Shown one piece after another: positions 24,761 through 38,534 of a stretch of 64,000 bases of DNA. Position 1 is the first letter of the stretch. The number at the start of each line of letters is the position of its first letter. Made by a program: the position numbers and the translations under genes. The stretch lies in the NCBI GenBank assembly GCA_013265495.1, contig MU057801.1:248001-312000 (forward strand), in the 5' to 3' direction. Source of the stretch: Vicugna vicugna. Taxonomy: Eukaryota. A model generated the notes under the pieces. It was not told the origin of the DNA. It made no database searches and worked only from the letters and a program-made list of their open reading frames with translations.

Positions 24761-27700
24761 AAGAATTTTTTTGGGGGGATAATTAAGGTTATTAATTAAT
24801 TGATTAATTAAACAGGGACACTGGGGTGGTCTTTCTGAGGGGGGCACCTGCCTTTTTCAAGTCCTTGGGGGCTGGGAGAGGACTCACCAAGGAAAGGACG
24901 TGTGCTACCAGTCAGTGCTGTGAAGTAATTTCAGATTTCCTTAATAGAAGACCACTGTTTTGCTAATAACAAAAATTAACTAAATTAGGTCAACATTACT
25001 GCTATTTAAAACAGATGAAAAAATTTAGGACTTTGAAACATAAGATTGGAGGTTTTGATTTTTATTTATTTTTTAAATTTTGATTTAATTTAATGTATTG
25101 TGGTAAGAACATTTAATGAGAGATCTACTCTGAAGTGTGCCGTACACTACTGTTGACTGCAGGTACAGTGTGACACAGCAGATCTCTTTGGTGGTTTTTA
25201 AATGCTAACGTCTCACCCTTTAAAGCAGTTATTTTTATTAAGCGTGTGATAGTCTCATGTTTTCTAGGAATCCACTTAAGTTTGACTTCTGAACCATATT
25301 ATATAAATGAACCTTCTGATGCTTAAATTGTAAATATCCTAAAGCGTTCAAAAAGAAGTTGGAGAGCACCTAGGAATTTCGCTGTGGTCTTCTTGAGTTG
25401 TGACAGGTGCCCCAGCAAACAGAACATGGTTCACGGTCCAGCTGGAGCGAGCGTGTGCCGACGTGCACTTTTGGGTCAGATCCCGGTGGTGTAAATGGCA
25501 GGGGCCGCTCATTGGCCTTGCATGTGCTTGAGGTCATTTAGAGTTGCCATCCTCTATAACGTGTAAGTGACGTTTTCCAATGAATAGAAGCTAAACGGGT
25601 TCCAAAACCTATTAAAATAATTTTTACTTAAAAAAAGTTGTAGTCCACTTAGAGTTTCAGGTGTACGGCACAGTTGAGGTGTCACCTCACACAGGTCAGA
25701 ATGGCCATCATCAAAAAGTCTACCCATCATAAATGCTGGAGAGGGTGTGGAGACAGGGGGCCCTCCGCTGCTGGCGGGGGTGCACATTGCTGCAGCCACT
25801 ATGGAGGACAGTGCGGAGGTTCCTTGAAAACCTGAAAACAGAGTCACCACATGATCCAGCAATCCCGCTCCTGGACATTTTAAAGTTGTGAATGGAATAT
25901 ATGATTTAGAAATGATGAATTTGATTTTCTTAAAGACCACAAGAGGTCACAAGAGATCTTAGGAAGAAAGAAAAGTGCTTTGTTTTACACATTTGAATAA
26001 AAAGAAAAATCTAGTCGGGCGCTCCCTGTAGGTTCTCCAACTCCAAGTGAAACTAAACGAGGTAAAGATTGGTTTAAGCAAAATATTCTGCTTTCTTCAG
26101 CACTACTGCTAAATTAGATTCTCTGAATTTTTTCTTTATTCATTGATTTCTTAAAGCATATGCACGCATATACACACTCACTGAGGCTTGAAGAAATATG
26201 ATATTTATGGTGTTTAAAGTGACATCAGAATCACTTTCCAACGGTAGATTTTTAAGTCTAGCTAATGAAATGCAAATTCTGTCTGTCTGTGGACCAGACC
26301 ATCAGTCTGGCCGAGCCAGCATTCCGAGCACACCAGTGGGCTGCGGCCGTGGCTTACGGCCCTGAGCATGAACTTTCCATCTGTGTCATCGCGGTAATTT
26401 TTCTGCCGCCACCTCCTGCAGCCGGGGGAGCCGCTTGTAGGGTCCCCTCTAGGATGTGCTGCTGCAGAGGGTGGTGAGGATGCGGGGTGTCCACCTGCCC
26501 CCAAGAGATGGTGCCTGCCGGCTGGGCAAGTGCGTGGGGCCGGCATCTCCTCGCTCCTTGAAGGCCTCACTGCTGATGCGGTGGAGGTGCTGTGTGAGTT
26601 TGTCCTTCCATCCCCCAACCTCCTAGGAAGCCAGCGGCAGCCACCGGGTCGCTGGCATCCTTCGCCTCACCTTCTCCTGGGTTTAGAGGACGCCCAGGCA
26701 CCAGGAGGGGTGGCCTGAGAGGCTACTGCTTTTCTTCAGCTTTGGATTCCATCTTGCTTTTAGCTGGCACATTTTTCTGCGTCTGATGGACGTTCAGGGG
26801 CCCGAGGGACCAGATAGCTCCTATGGGATAGACCTTTCTTTTCCTCCAAACAAGTTAACATCAAGTATTCTGTAACCAATCACGTCACATGCACGTGGTC
26901 GCCCCCCAGGCCACGAGCTGGATGGCAGCTGTAAAGGAGGGTCGCTCTTCACTTGGAGGGTGCTGTCGCCCCGTTGTACTTTGTGTCAACCACCCTAACC
27001 TTCCGGAGTCCTCACGCCCCAGACTCAGGGGGTCCCAGAGGTGCCACCCCCGAGGCACGTGGCTCTGCTGTGCCCAGCGGACCCACAGGAAGTCGTGGCT
27101 CTCCCCGATCCGAGTGGCCGGCGGTGCTCACACTAAAACGTTCTACTGGATGCGTGTAGCCGGGGTGTCTTGTTTGCATGGGGCTGGACTTTGTCACGTG
27201 CCGTCTGAGACCGTAAGGCGGGTGCCACACTTGGTCATTAGCACCGGGGCTGATGCGAGATCGTCGATTGTTGATGACCCCGAGGGGTGCGTTTAGCAGC
27301 ACAAGCTCCTCTTTGTCTGTCTCGGGGGAGGAAGGGACCCTTCAGGACCCCACGGTGTGGATGTGGGAAGAGTTAGTGCTGAGGTGCGATGCTGCGTCAT
27401 TCTGTTCACGGGCTGCCGAGGGCTCCTGGTGGGGCCGAGGGCGCGGGTCTCTGAGCCTTTGTGCCTGATTTTTGTCCCATGAAGTGGTATTTTTGTGTCT
27501 GTCATACAGAGACAAGCCCAGGGCGCACAGCTGACTTGGGGATTCTCTACATGACAACTGTTTTGATCCACTTTAAATGATTAGGAAATTGAATTATTTC
27601 CACATTATTTAAAATAATTCTCTCTAATAAGTACTGACGTGGACTTTTCCTTTTGGCAAGGTATTTGAAAATGGACTTGTTGGCTGTGTTCTCCTAGAAT

Positions 27701-27895
27701 GTTTTTCTTTTCTTTTCTTTTTTTTAAATCTGTTTAATCAGAGACGCTTTACAGAGAATGGCCACCCCTATTAGCAGCACCCCTTTGCGGGTGGTTTTGT
27801 GGGGAGATGCGTGGCTCCCAGAGCACAGTGGGGCGTTCTCAGCCCCTCCAGCCACGGTGCCGGCTCTCAGTGGAGCCGGTGGGCCGGGGCTTCCG

Positions 27896-28033
27896 GGGCA
27901 TGTATCCAGAAATAACTCTTAATTTGAAAAGATACATACGCCCCAGTGTTCATAGCAGCACTATTTACAATAGTCAAGATATGGAAGCAACCTAAACGTC
28001 CATTGGCAAATGAATAGATAGAGAAGATGTGTT

Positions 28034-28076
<43 letters not shown>

Positions 28077-28556
28077 GGACTACTACTCAGCCATTAAAAA
28101 GAATGAAATAATGCCATTTGCGGCAACATGGATGGACCTGGAAATTATCATAGTACATGAAGTGAGTCAGACAAAGAAAGACAAACATAATTTGGTATCA
28201 CTTGTATGTGGAATCTAAAAAGTGATACAAATGAACTTAATTACAAAACAGAAATAGACTCAGAGACATAGAAAACAAACTATGGTTATCACAGGGGAAG
28301 GGGGATGAGGGATAAATTAGGAGTTTGGGATTAACAGACACATGCTACTATATATAAAATAGCTAAACAACAATGTCCTACTGTACAGCACAGGGAACTA
28401 GATTCAGTATCTGGTAATAACCTATAATGGAAAAGAATATGAAAAGGAATATATATATATATATATATATGTAATTAAATCACTATGCTGTACACCAGAA
28501 ACTAACACAACATTGTAAATCAACTCTACTTCAATTTAAAGACAAAGATAAAATAG
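27896..28556 (+). mobile_element. Relatively young 5'-truncated L1 3' end with internal (CA)n (~28038-28074) and (TA)n (~28449-28470)
   Basis: AIKKNEIMPFAATWMDLE ORF2 C-terminus, then the typical 3' UTR ...cattgtaaatcaactctacttcaattt. Confidence 0.92.
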
Positions 28557-29516
28557 AATGATAACAAGGACATAGTAATGGAATAAAGGGGTGGGAGATA
28601 AAGGTTAGTAGTGAAATCAGTCACACTACCAAAAAATGTTACAAATATGGACTGTTTTAACAAGAAAAGTACCAGAAAAAAAGTGTAAGAACATCCTAGA
28701 CAGGTAGAATAGAATACTCGATTTCATCAAGAACGTACCAAAGTAAAACGATTATAAATCAATAAAAAATGTTAAAAAGAAAAAAGGACGTACCAAAAAG
28801 AAGAAGGGAGTGTTAACTATGGCAGCAGCATGGAGACCACTGGCCGGAATCCCCACTCATGGTGGTCATGGAGGTCACCGTAAACCTGGGAAGGAGGTTT
28901 GAGGAGATGTGCCCAGGATGGTGAGCAGAGCTCTGTCACCTTCAAACCAGCATCTCCCCCTCCCCTGGACGTCTAGAGATGGCTCAGGAATAAAGGGTAC
29001 CACAGGCCCATGTTGGCAAAATACGTAAGCAAAGTTAAATATTCTGTATGGTAGTAATTCTCAGAATCTTGTCACCTAACTGTTTTTAGACAGTGGATTT
29101 CTTCCAAGGGCAGGAGCAATGTCATAGAAGTGGTTTCCTTGGAATGCACGTGGGAGATGCTGTGGACACCTCCCTGCCCTTTGGCTCATGGTTCTGCCCT
29201 GCATCCCACACCCAGATGTGCGTGTCGCCTCTGCCTGGAACGTCCTCCCTCCGGTCCCGACGTAGCTTCCTCCTCGCCTCTGTCCATTCCCTCCCTGACT
29301 GCTTGGCCCAGTCACCCTCCATCCCAAAGCACTTACTGCTATTCTAAATGTTTGAGGTGGCTTCTTTGTTACATTTTTGGTGTCTGTTCCCCTATGTAGA
29401 ATGTAAGTTCATTTCCTGTTCCTGGCATTTAGAACAGAGTCCCGTACAGGGTGGGCACACCACCGAAGGAGCAAATGAAGGAACCAGCTGTGAATTTAAG
29501 CCTTTCCGTTACACAG

Positions 29517-29649
29517 GGTGGAAGACCACGACGACCTCATGCCAATATTTCTGCGCCACGACACGGTCCTGAGGGAGACCTACGGCGAATACTTCCTGGG
29601 TGAGCTCATAGAGGCCGGAGACGAAGAGAACCACGCGGTCGTGTGCGAG
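29517..29649 (+). CDS. CFAP61: CFAP61 coding exon (VEDHDDLMPIFLRHDTVLRETYGEYFLGELIEAGDEENHAVVCE)
   Basis: acacag acceptor, GTGTGT donor, 133 nt, in frame. Confidence 0.95.
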
Positions 29650-30477
29650 GTGTGTGCGAGCCCCTGAGGGGTGTGGGGAGTGAGCAGCGTCGCCTCCCCT
29701 GCCGTGCCCTCCTGCGCGGTGTGCCATCCCCCGCCTCCCAGTGTCCCTGCTTTAGGGTTGGGGAGGCCCTTCCCGATGCCAGTCTTAACAGGCTCGAGCT
29801 TGCGCTGGACGCGGCTGACTCCGAGTTCTTGGAAAGCAGCAGGCACCTGACCGTCCAGGCTCCGTACCTCTTAGAGCACGTGCTGGTTTTTGCAGCAGTG
29901 ATTAGAGCGAGCTTGATCAGTGACAGTGGGCTAGGGGTGGGATGGATTTAACCGATGACCACCCTCAGTTTCAGGAGGTGAATTATGTCTCAGAAAAACT
30001 CCTGGCGCCAGGATGCACTCGGGCGAAATCATCCTGCTGGGGTGGGAGACATCAGTGTTTTTCAAGAGCTCCCCATGTGATTCCAGCGCGCCGTCCAGGT
30101 GCTGAAACGCTTATCTACGTGATGGGGAACATCCCTGGTGCAGAACAGGGCGAATTTAGATATTTACGGTCAGTACTTTCTTCAGCTGAGAACTGGCCCT
30201 AAAAACTGGATCTGGATGTCCTTTCCCATGATAGGTATTTCTTCTACACTGAAAGTTTTTATTCTTATTTTTTTCGTATTTAGGTCTTGGCATCGTCTTT
30301 TAAGGGCTTGCTTTCATGTATTGCCATTTGACTTCTAGCTCCAGACTAGTGATAGAAAGAAGGGTGAGGGGTATTTGGGCTCAGCAGCGCCATTTTGAAA
30401 AACTGTGTCTTTACACGATGAGACAAAAACTGCTGATAATTAAAACGATTCTTACAGACCCCAATGAGGATTTTAAT

Positions 30478-31027
30478 TTTTAAATTATTTTTTTATTTAT
30501 TTATTTTTGAATGTAAGTGTAGTCAGTTTACAACGTTGTATTAATTTCTGGTTGTACAGCATAGTGATTCAGATATATCTATATCTATATCTATATATTC
30601 GTTTTCATATTGTTTTTCATTATAGGCCATTACAAGATACTGAATATAGTTCCCTGTGCTGTACAGTAGGACCTTGTTGTTTATCTATTTTACACATAGT
30701 AGTTAGTATCTGCAAATCCCAAACTCCCAATTTATCCCTACATCCCGTTTCCCCCTGGTAACCACAAGTTTGTTTTCTGTCTGTGTGTCTGTTTCTGTTT
30801 TGTAAATAAGATCATTTGTCTCATTATTTTAGGTTCCACATATAAATGATATCATGTGGCATTTTTCTTTCTTATTCTGGCTTACTTCACTTAGTATGAA
30901 TCTCCAGGTCCATCCATGTTGCTGCAAATGGCATTATTTTATTCTTTTTATGGCTGAGTATATTCCATTGCATAAATATACCACGTCTTTTTTATTCAGT
31001 TATCTGTCGGTGGATGTTTAGGTTGCT
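30478..31027 (-). mobile_element. 5'-truncated L1 3' end
   Basis: Poly-T tail, gtagtcagtttacaacgttg..., atccatgttgctgcaaatggcatt; TSD agga(c)ttttaat at 30467-30477 and 31028-31039. Confidence 0.9.
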
Positions 31028-31096
31028 AGGACTTTTAATGATCAAACTATACTCATCTAGTTAGTCAGGTCTTTGTTTTTCTTGAGAAGGACTTTT

Positions 31097-34000
31097 TAAA
31101 AATTTTCCAGCCTTATCGAGATATGATTGACATATAATATTGTGTAAGTTTTAGGTGGTACACTTATATATTGCAAAATGGTTACCACCACAGCTTTAAC
31201 TAACACCTCCATCATGTCACATAATTATCAGGTTTTTTGTGTGCATAGTGAAAACAGTTGAAATCTACCATCTTAGCAACTTTCAGGTATATAATTATTA
31301 GCTATAATCACTGTATTATTGTCTATAATCGCCCTGCTGTACATTAGAGCCCCAGAACTTACTCATCTTAGAACTGGAACTTTGCATCCTTTGACCAGCA
31401 TCTCCCCCTAACCCTTTGTAACCACCATTCAACTCTGTTTCTATGAGTTCAGCTTTTTTAGATTCCACATGTAAGCAGCACCATATAGTGTTTGTTTTTC
31501 TCTGACTTCTTTCACTTAATTTAATGTCCTCAAGGTCCATCCATATTGTCACACATGGCAGGATTTCCTTCTTTCTCATGGCTAAATAATCTCCATTACA
31601 CATATGTGCATATATATGCATATACATATATACATACATACGTACACACTGCGTCTTCTTTAGCCACTCATCTGTTGATGGCCACTTCGGTTGTTTCCAT
31701 ATCTTGCCTACTGTGTGTAATACTGCAGTAAACATGGGAGTCCAGATGGTTTTTCAATATCCTGTTTTCATTTCCTTTGGCTTTATACCCAGGAGTGGAA
31801 TTGCTGAATCATATGGTATTTCTATTTTCAATTTTTTGAGGAACCTCCATGCTGTTTTCCATAGTGGCTGTGCCAATTTTACATTTCCACCAATAGTGCA
31901 CAGGGGTTCCCTTTTCTTCACATCCTTGCCAACACTTGTCATCTCTTGTCTTTTGATGATTGCATGCTGACAGGTATGAGGTGATAGTTCATTGTGATTT
32001 TGATCTGCATTTCCCTGATGATTAGTGATATTGAGCATATTTTCATGTACCTGTTGGCCATTTGAATGTCTTCTTGGAAAAATGTCTGTTCAGAGCTTCT
32101 GCCCACTTTTAAATTGTATTTTTTTGTGTTTTTTTGCTATTGAGTTGTATGGGTTGTTTGTTTATTTTGGATATTAACCCCTTATCAGATGTATGATTTG
32201 CAAATGTTTTCTCCCGTTCTGTAGGCTGCCTTTTCATTTTGTTGTGTCTGTTGCTGTGCAAGAAGCTTTTCAGTTTGATGTAGTCCCACTTACTACTTTT
32301 TGCTTTTGTTGGTTGTGCTTTTGGTGTCATATGAAAACCTTGTTGCCGAGACAAATGTCAAGGAGTTTCCCTTATGTTTTCTTCTAGGAGTTTTATAGTT
32401 TCAGGTCTTATGTTTAATTCTTTCATCCAGTTCAAGTTCATTTTGTTGGTGGTGTAAGATAGAGGTCCAGTTTCATCCTTCTGCATGTGGTTATCCAGCT
32501 TTATCAACAGCATTTATTGAAGAGGTGTTCTTTCGCCCATTGAGTCTTCTTGGCTCCTTTGTCAAGTTCCAGTCAACTGTAAATGTGGGGGTTTGCTTCT
32601 GGGCTTTCTATTCTGTTCCTTTGGTCTGTGTGTCTATTACGCCACTGCTATGCTGTTTTATTGCCATAGTTTCAAAATATAGCTTGAAATCAGGAAATGT
32701 GATGCCTCTGGCTTTGTTCTTCCTTGGTTTTGCTTTGGCTATTTGGGATCTTTTGTGGTTCCATACAAATTTTATGATTTTTTTTCTATTTCTATGAAAA
32801 ATGCCTTTGGAATTTTGATAGGGAGTCACTGAATCTATAGATGACTTTGGGTAGTGTGAGCATTTTGACAATATTAACTTTTCTGATCCATGAACATGGG
32901 ATATCTCGTGATTTCTGTTTTCTTCATTTTCTTTCATCAAAGTCTTGTACTTTTCAGTATACAGATCTTTCACCTCCCTAGCTAAATTTATTCCTAGATA
33001 CTTTATTGTTTTTGATGCTATTGTGAATGAGATTGTTTTCTTTATTTCTTTTTCAGTTATTTTATTTCTAGTGCTTAGAAATACGAGTAATTCCTGTATG
33101 TTGATTTTGTGTCCTCCAGCTTTACTGAATGTACTGATCAGTTTTATGAGTGGAGTCTTTGGGATTTTCCATGTGTAAGATCACATCATCTACAGAGACA
33201 GTTTTGCCTGTTCTTTTCTGATTTGGATGCAGTTTATTTCCTTTCCTTGCCTGATAGCTTTCACTAGGACTTCCTGCTGAAGGAAGTGGTTGAAGAGGAA
33301 TGGTGAGAGTGAGCACCCTTGCCTAGTTCCTGACCTCAGAGGAAAAGCTTTCAGCCTTGCATCACGGAGAATGCTGTTAGTTGTGGGCTTGTTGCTGCTG
33401 GCCTTTATCATGTTGAAGTGTGTTTCTTCTATACCCAATTTGTTGAGCATTTTTATCATGAAAGGATGTTGTATTTTGTGAAATGCTTCTTTCTACATTT
33501 ATTGAGATGATCGTATTATTTTTACCTTTCATTCTATTAATGTAGTTATCATATTTATTGGTTTGCATATATTGAACCTCCACGTCCCAGGGGTAAGTAC
33601 TGCTTGATCATGGTGTATGATCCTTTTGATGTTGAAATCAGTTTGCTTGTATTTTGTTGAGAATTTTTGTATCTATATTTATCAGGGATATTTGTCTGCA
33701 GTTTTCTTTTCTTGTAGTGTCCTTATTTGGCTTTGATATTAGGGTAATGCTGGCCTTACAAAATGAGTTTGGGAGTGTTCTATCCTCCTCAATTTTTTGG
33801 AGGAGTTTGCGAAGAATTACCATTAATTTTTCTTTAAATGTTTGATAGAATTCACCAGTGAAACTGTGTGATCCTAGGCTTTTCTGTTGGGAGGTTTTTG
33901 ATTACTGATTCAGTCTCTTTGCTTGTTATGGTCTGTTGATATTTCCTATTTCTTCATGATTCAATCTAGATAGATTGTGTTTCTAGCAATTTATTTCTTC

Positions 34001-37000
34001 TAGGTTATCCAGTTTGTTGTATATAATTACTCATAGTAGTTTCTTATGATCCTTCGTATCTGTAGCATCAGTTGTAATGTCTACTCTTTCATTTCCGATT
34101 TTATTTGCGTCTTCTCTTCTCCTTCTTAGCCTAGCTAAAGAGCTGTCAATTTTGTTTATATTTTTAAAAAACATTTCTTGGTATTGCTGATCTTTTTGAT
34201 TATTTTTGGTTTCTAATTTATTTCTGCTTCGATCTTTGTTATTTTCTTCCTTCTCCTAACTTTGGGCTTAATTTGTTCTTCTTTTTCTAGTTCTTTGAGG
34301 TGCAAAGTTAGGTTGTTTGCTTGAGATCTTTCTTTTTCCTTAATGTAGGCATTTACCACTATAAATTTACCTTTTAGAATTGCTTTTGCAGCATCTCATA
34401 AATTTTGGCTTATTTTGTTTCTATTTTTGTTTGTTTCAAGATATATTTTGACTTCTTCTTTGATCTCTTGGGAGGAATGTATTTTATTTTTTAATTAATT
34501 AATTAATTAATTAATTAATTATTTTATTTTTCAAAACCAGAACATTTATTGTGTAACTATTTGTTGAAATCTTTAAGATGATCTGGATGCCGCAACAGCT
34601 GCCCTCTTGTGTTTAGGTGTCTCATCCGACTGGTCCCAGTGATATTTCATCTTTCATCTTTAGCACCAGGAGTGTATTTTAAAATGTCCATGTATTTGTG
34701 ATTTTTTCAGCTTTCCTCCTGTTACTGGTTTTTAGTTTAATACCATTGTAGTTGGGAAAGATATTTCATATGATTCAAATCTTAAATTTGCTAAGACTTG
34801 GGTGATCTGTCATACGATATAGCCTGGAAAATGTTCCATGTGCTCTTGAGAAGAATGTGTATTCTGCTGCTGTTGGATGGCATATGCTGTATATGTTAGG
34901 TTGATTTTGTCGAAAGAATGATTCAAGTCCAGTGTTTCCTGGTTGATTTTCTCTCTGGATGATCTATGCATTGTTGAAAGTGCGGTATTGAAGTCCCCTG
35001 CTCTTATCGTATCGTTGTCTGTTTTTCCCTTCGTATTTGTTAGCATTTGCTTAATATATTTAGGTGCTCCAATGTTGAGTGCATATATATTTATGACTGT
35101 TATAGCTTTTTGATGGATTAGCCACTTCATCACTGTGTAGTAGCCTTCTTTGTCTTTGTTACTGTTTTTGGCTTAAAGTCTCTTTTGTCTGATGTAAGCA
35201 CAGCTCACGCTGCTCTCTTTTGGTTTTCATCTGCCATGGAATGTTTTTCTTCACCTCTTCACCTGGAACCTACATGTGTCCTTAAAGCTGCAGGGAGTCT
35301 CTTGTAGGCAGCACATTGTTCGGTCTTGTTTTTTAAAATCCATCTAGCCACTAGATGTCTTTTGACTGGGGAGTACAATCCATTTACATTTAATTATTGA
35401 TAGGTAAAGACTTGCTCATGCATCTTCTTGTCCCCTGGCTGTTTTGTAGTCCTCTTGTTCCTTTCTTCCTGTCGTGCTGCCTTCCTTTATGAGTCAGTGA
35501 TTTTCTGTAGAGGGACACTTTGATTCCCTCTTCATTATCTTCTGTGAATCTACTGTAGATTTTTGCTGTGAGGCTTGCATACAGCTTACATAAAATGTCT
35601 TATAGATATAGCTATCTGTTATGTCCCAAAGACTTAATTTCAATCACACACAAAAATTTTACCCTTTGAACTACCGCCTTGTTGTGTTTCTCGTGTCATA
35701 ATTTACCTCTTTTTATGTTACACTATAGCTATTAAAATAATGAAAATTCTTGTCCTTTAGTCTTTACACTAGTGTTAAGTGGTTAATGCCGCACCACATG
35801 GAAGTTTTACATCTATCAAATTCATCAAATTCTACATCTGAAATATGTGTAGTTTGCTTTACAGAAATTATACCACATACAGTTGTTTAAAAACAACAGT
35901 TTTAGAGTATTCTGAATTTGGCTATATACTTATTTTTGTGACTGTGTCTATATTTTCACATTACTTATTAGCATCCTTTCATTTCAGCTTGGAGAACTTC
36001 CAGCGTTTCTTGTAAGGCGGGTCTCGTGGTGATGAATTTCCTCAGTTTTGTTTGTCAGAAAGTCTATCTTTTTCCTTCATTTCTGAATGACAGCTTTCCT
36101 GAATAAAGTATTGTTGGCAGTTTTTTCTTTTAGCACTTTGAATATGGCATTCCACTCACTCCTAGCCTATAAAGTTTCTGCTGAGAAATCTGCTGACAGT
36201 CTTATGATGGTTCCCTTGTAAATTATGCATTTTATTTTCTCCTGCTTTTAAGATCCTCCCCTTGACTTTGATTTTTGACTGTTTTATTATACTATGTCTT
36301 AGAGGGGATCTCTTTAAGGTGATTTTGTCTGATGACCTGTGAGCTTCATGAACTTCAATATCTATATCCCTCCCAGATTTGGGATGTTCTTGGCCATTAT
36401 TTATTTAAGTAAGCTCTCTGCCCCTTTCTCCCTCTCTTCTCATTTTGGAACTCCAGTGATTTGCACATTGGTCCTTTTGATGGTGTCCAATAGATACATA
36501 GGCTTTCTTCAATGTTTTTCATTGTGTTTGCTTTGTTCTCCACTGACTCGGTACTTTCAAAGTCCCTGTCTTCAGTCTCACTGATTCTTTCTTCTGATTG
36601 ATCAAGTCTGCCGTTGATGCTCTATTGCATTTTTCAGGCCATTCATTGATTCTTCAGCTCCAGAATTTCTGTTTGGTTCTTTTGGTGGTTTCTATCTCTT
36701 TGTTAGCCTTCTCATTCTGTTTGTGTGCTGTCTTCCTGATTTTGTTGAACTGTCTTTCTGTGTTTTCCTGTAGCTCACTGAGTCTCCTGAAAACAGCTAT
36801 TTTGAATTCGGTACCTGGTAAATTGGAGACTTAACAATGATCCCTGTCTTTAGGTTCAGTTGTCAGTGGTGTCATATTTCCTTGATTTTTTCATGTTCCT
36901 TGAGTTTTGCCCTGCTGTCCTCACATTTGAATAGCAGTCACCTCCTCCAGTATTTGGAGAGCAAATACCTTCTCTTAGCCCTGCTAGAGATTCTCAGGCT

Positions 37001-38033
37001 TCCTCAGACCTTCTGTGGGTACCCCTGCTCCACTCTTCTTGCTCCATCTTGTGACAGAATTCTTAAGCTTGTATGTCTTCTTTGAATCCTGCAAAGCACC
37101 AGTCGAGTGCTTTTGTCTTCCCAAAGGTGGCGCTACAGCTCAAGTTTCTGGTCTCCCCCCGGCCCACAGATTCAGCCAACTTTCTCCATATGCTCATTAG
37201 CCATCTGGCAAAGTCTGCTCGCGCCACCACTGGGAGTGTACGCAGGGAGGCACCACAAAGTGGGCTGGCGTGTGGGTGGGGCGCATGGAGCGCTGGGGGT
37301 GCTCATGGGCCTGTTGGCGGGACCCCTGGGTAGACCATTCCCAGCAGCAAGTGAATGTGCTTCTTGAGAGAATGCACGCTGTGCACTTAGGGTCTGCGTC
37401 CTGTTCACGGCTTCTGAAGGTCCTGCCTGCTGTCATCCCAGACTCTTCCACCCCCAGTGGGAGCTCCCATTTCCATACTCTGGATTGGGCAGAAGGGAAG
37501 TGAGCCTCTCTGGCAGCATCCTGCGTAACTAGGGGAGCCCGGTGCTCACCCACACATGCTCCCTTACTCCATGGGATAAATTACTGGCAGGAAAGATCTT
37601 TCTTGGCCCTAAGCTGTGTTGCCTCGGAGGTTGGGTGTTCTGGGTAAAGGCAGACTGTTCATCTTATCCACTCCAGGGCATCCAAACTAGTATTTTTTTT
37701 GCTCCAGTGGAGCTGAAGCTTTTCCTCTGGAAACCTGAACTTCATCAAAGGCTCGCCCATCTGTGAGTGATTGTCTAAGTCAGTGTTCTCCAAGGGCTCC
37801 TGGACTGAGGCCGAGAGGGGCTGGAGCCAGTCCATGGGCCTCTGCAGGGTCCACAGCTGGGACTGAGATCTGTCTGCCTATTTCCCAGTGCACAGCCCCC
37901 TTGGTGTGCAGTGCTGGATCCCACGGCTCCCTCAAAGGCACTTTTGTTCATGGACGAATGCCGAATATTTGCTGTTGAGCAGGAGACAAAAACAAGGGAT
38001 ATCTTATACCACTGCGATGCTGATGTCACGCTG
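31097..38033 (-). mobile_element. End-to-end (~6.9 kb) degenerate L1, L1MA9/10-like; 5' UTR, ORF1 and ORF2 remnants, 3' UTR
   Basis: Collinear ORF2 fragments in the ORF track ([63 protein letters not shown]). 5' end -gtgacatcagcatc-. TSD gagaagg(a)ctttt at 31084-31096 and 38034-38045. Confidence 0.92.
34487..34667 (-). pseudogene. RPL37: 5'-truncated processed pseudogene fragment of ribosomal protein L37
   Basis: - strand reads ...ACACCTAAACACAAGAGGGCAGCTGTTGCGGCATCCAGATCATCTTAA (TPKHKRAAVAASRSS*, cf. RPL37 TPKPKRAAVAASSSS*), then 3' UTR, AATAAA and an A-rich tail; TSD agga(a/g)tgtatttta at 34473-34486 and 34668-34681. Confidence 0.9.
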
Positions 38034-38534
38034 GAGAAGGCTTTTCATTCTTTGGTTTCAAGTCTGAGCCCAAATCACTTGATTTAGGGCCTAAGAAGGG
38101 CAGCTGCAGTGACCTCCTCCCTCATGTTCTTTCCCCCTCTTGTTATGCGTTGCAAACTTTCAGTGCGTGTACATGTCAGAGGAACGCTGCCGGCTGACAG
38201 TTTCAATCTCAATCCCACAAGGATCCTTCAGTGTCTCTAAAGGTGTGGACGGAGTCCAGCCTGATCTTTGGGAGGCTGTGCTGCCCCAGACATCAGAAGC
38301 TTCGTGCTCTGTGGAGATGTGACCATGGGCCTCAGTCTTGAACCGGAAGGCCAGGAGCAGGACCTGTCAACGGGGAGCAAGCCCTTCCAGGATCTGGGAG
38401 TGACTCTCCAGTCTGCACCAGGCTGTGTCTGGTGTCTGAAGCCATTCTGGGTTCGAGATCAGTGCTGTCAGTACCTTCCACCCACCTCCCTGGACCGTTC
38501 TCCCAACCACCTGGAGCTCCTGAGGCTGGCCCTG

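Noticed and set aside
31316..35133. L1 ORF2 fragments as an active retrotransposon
   Set aside because: Broken into many short frames by stops and frameshifts, and interrupted by the RPL37 insertion.
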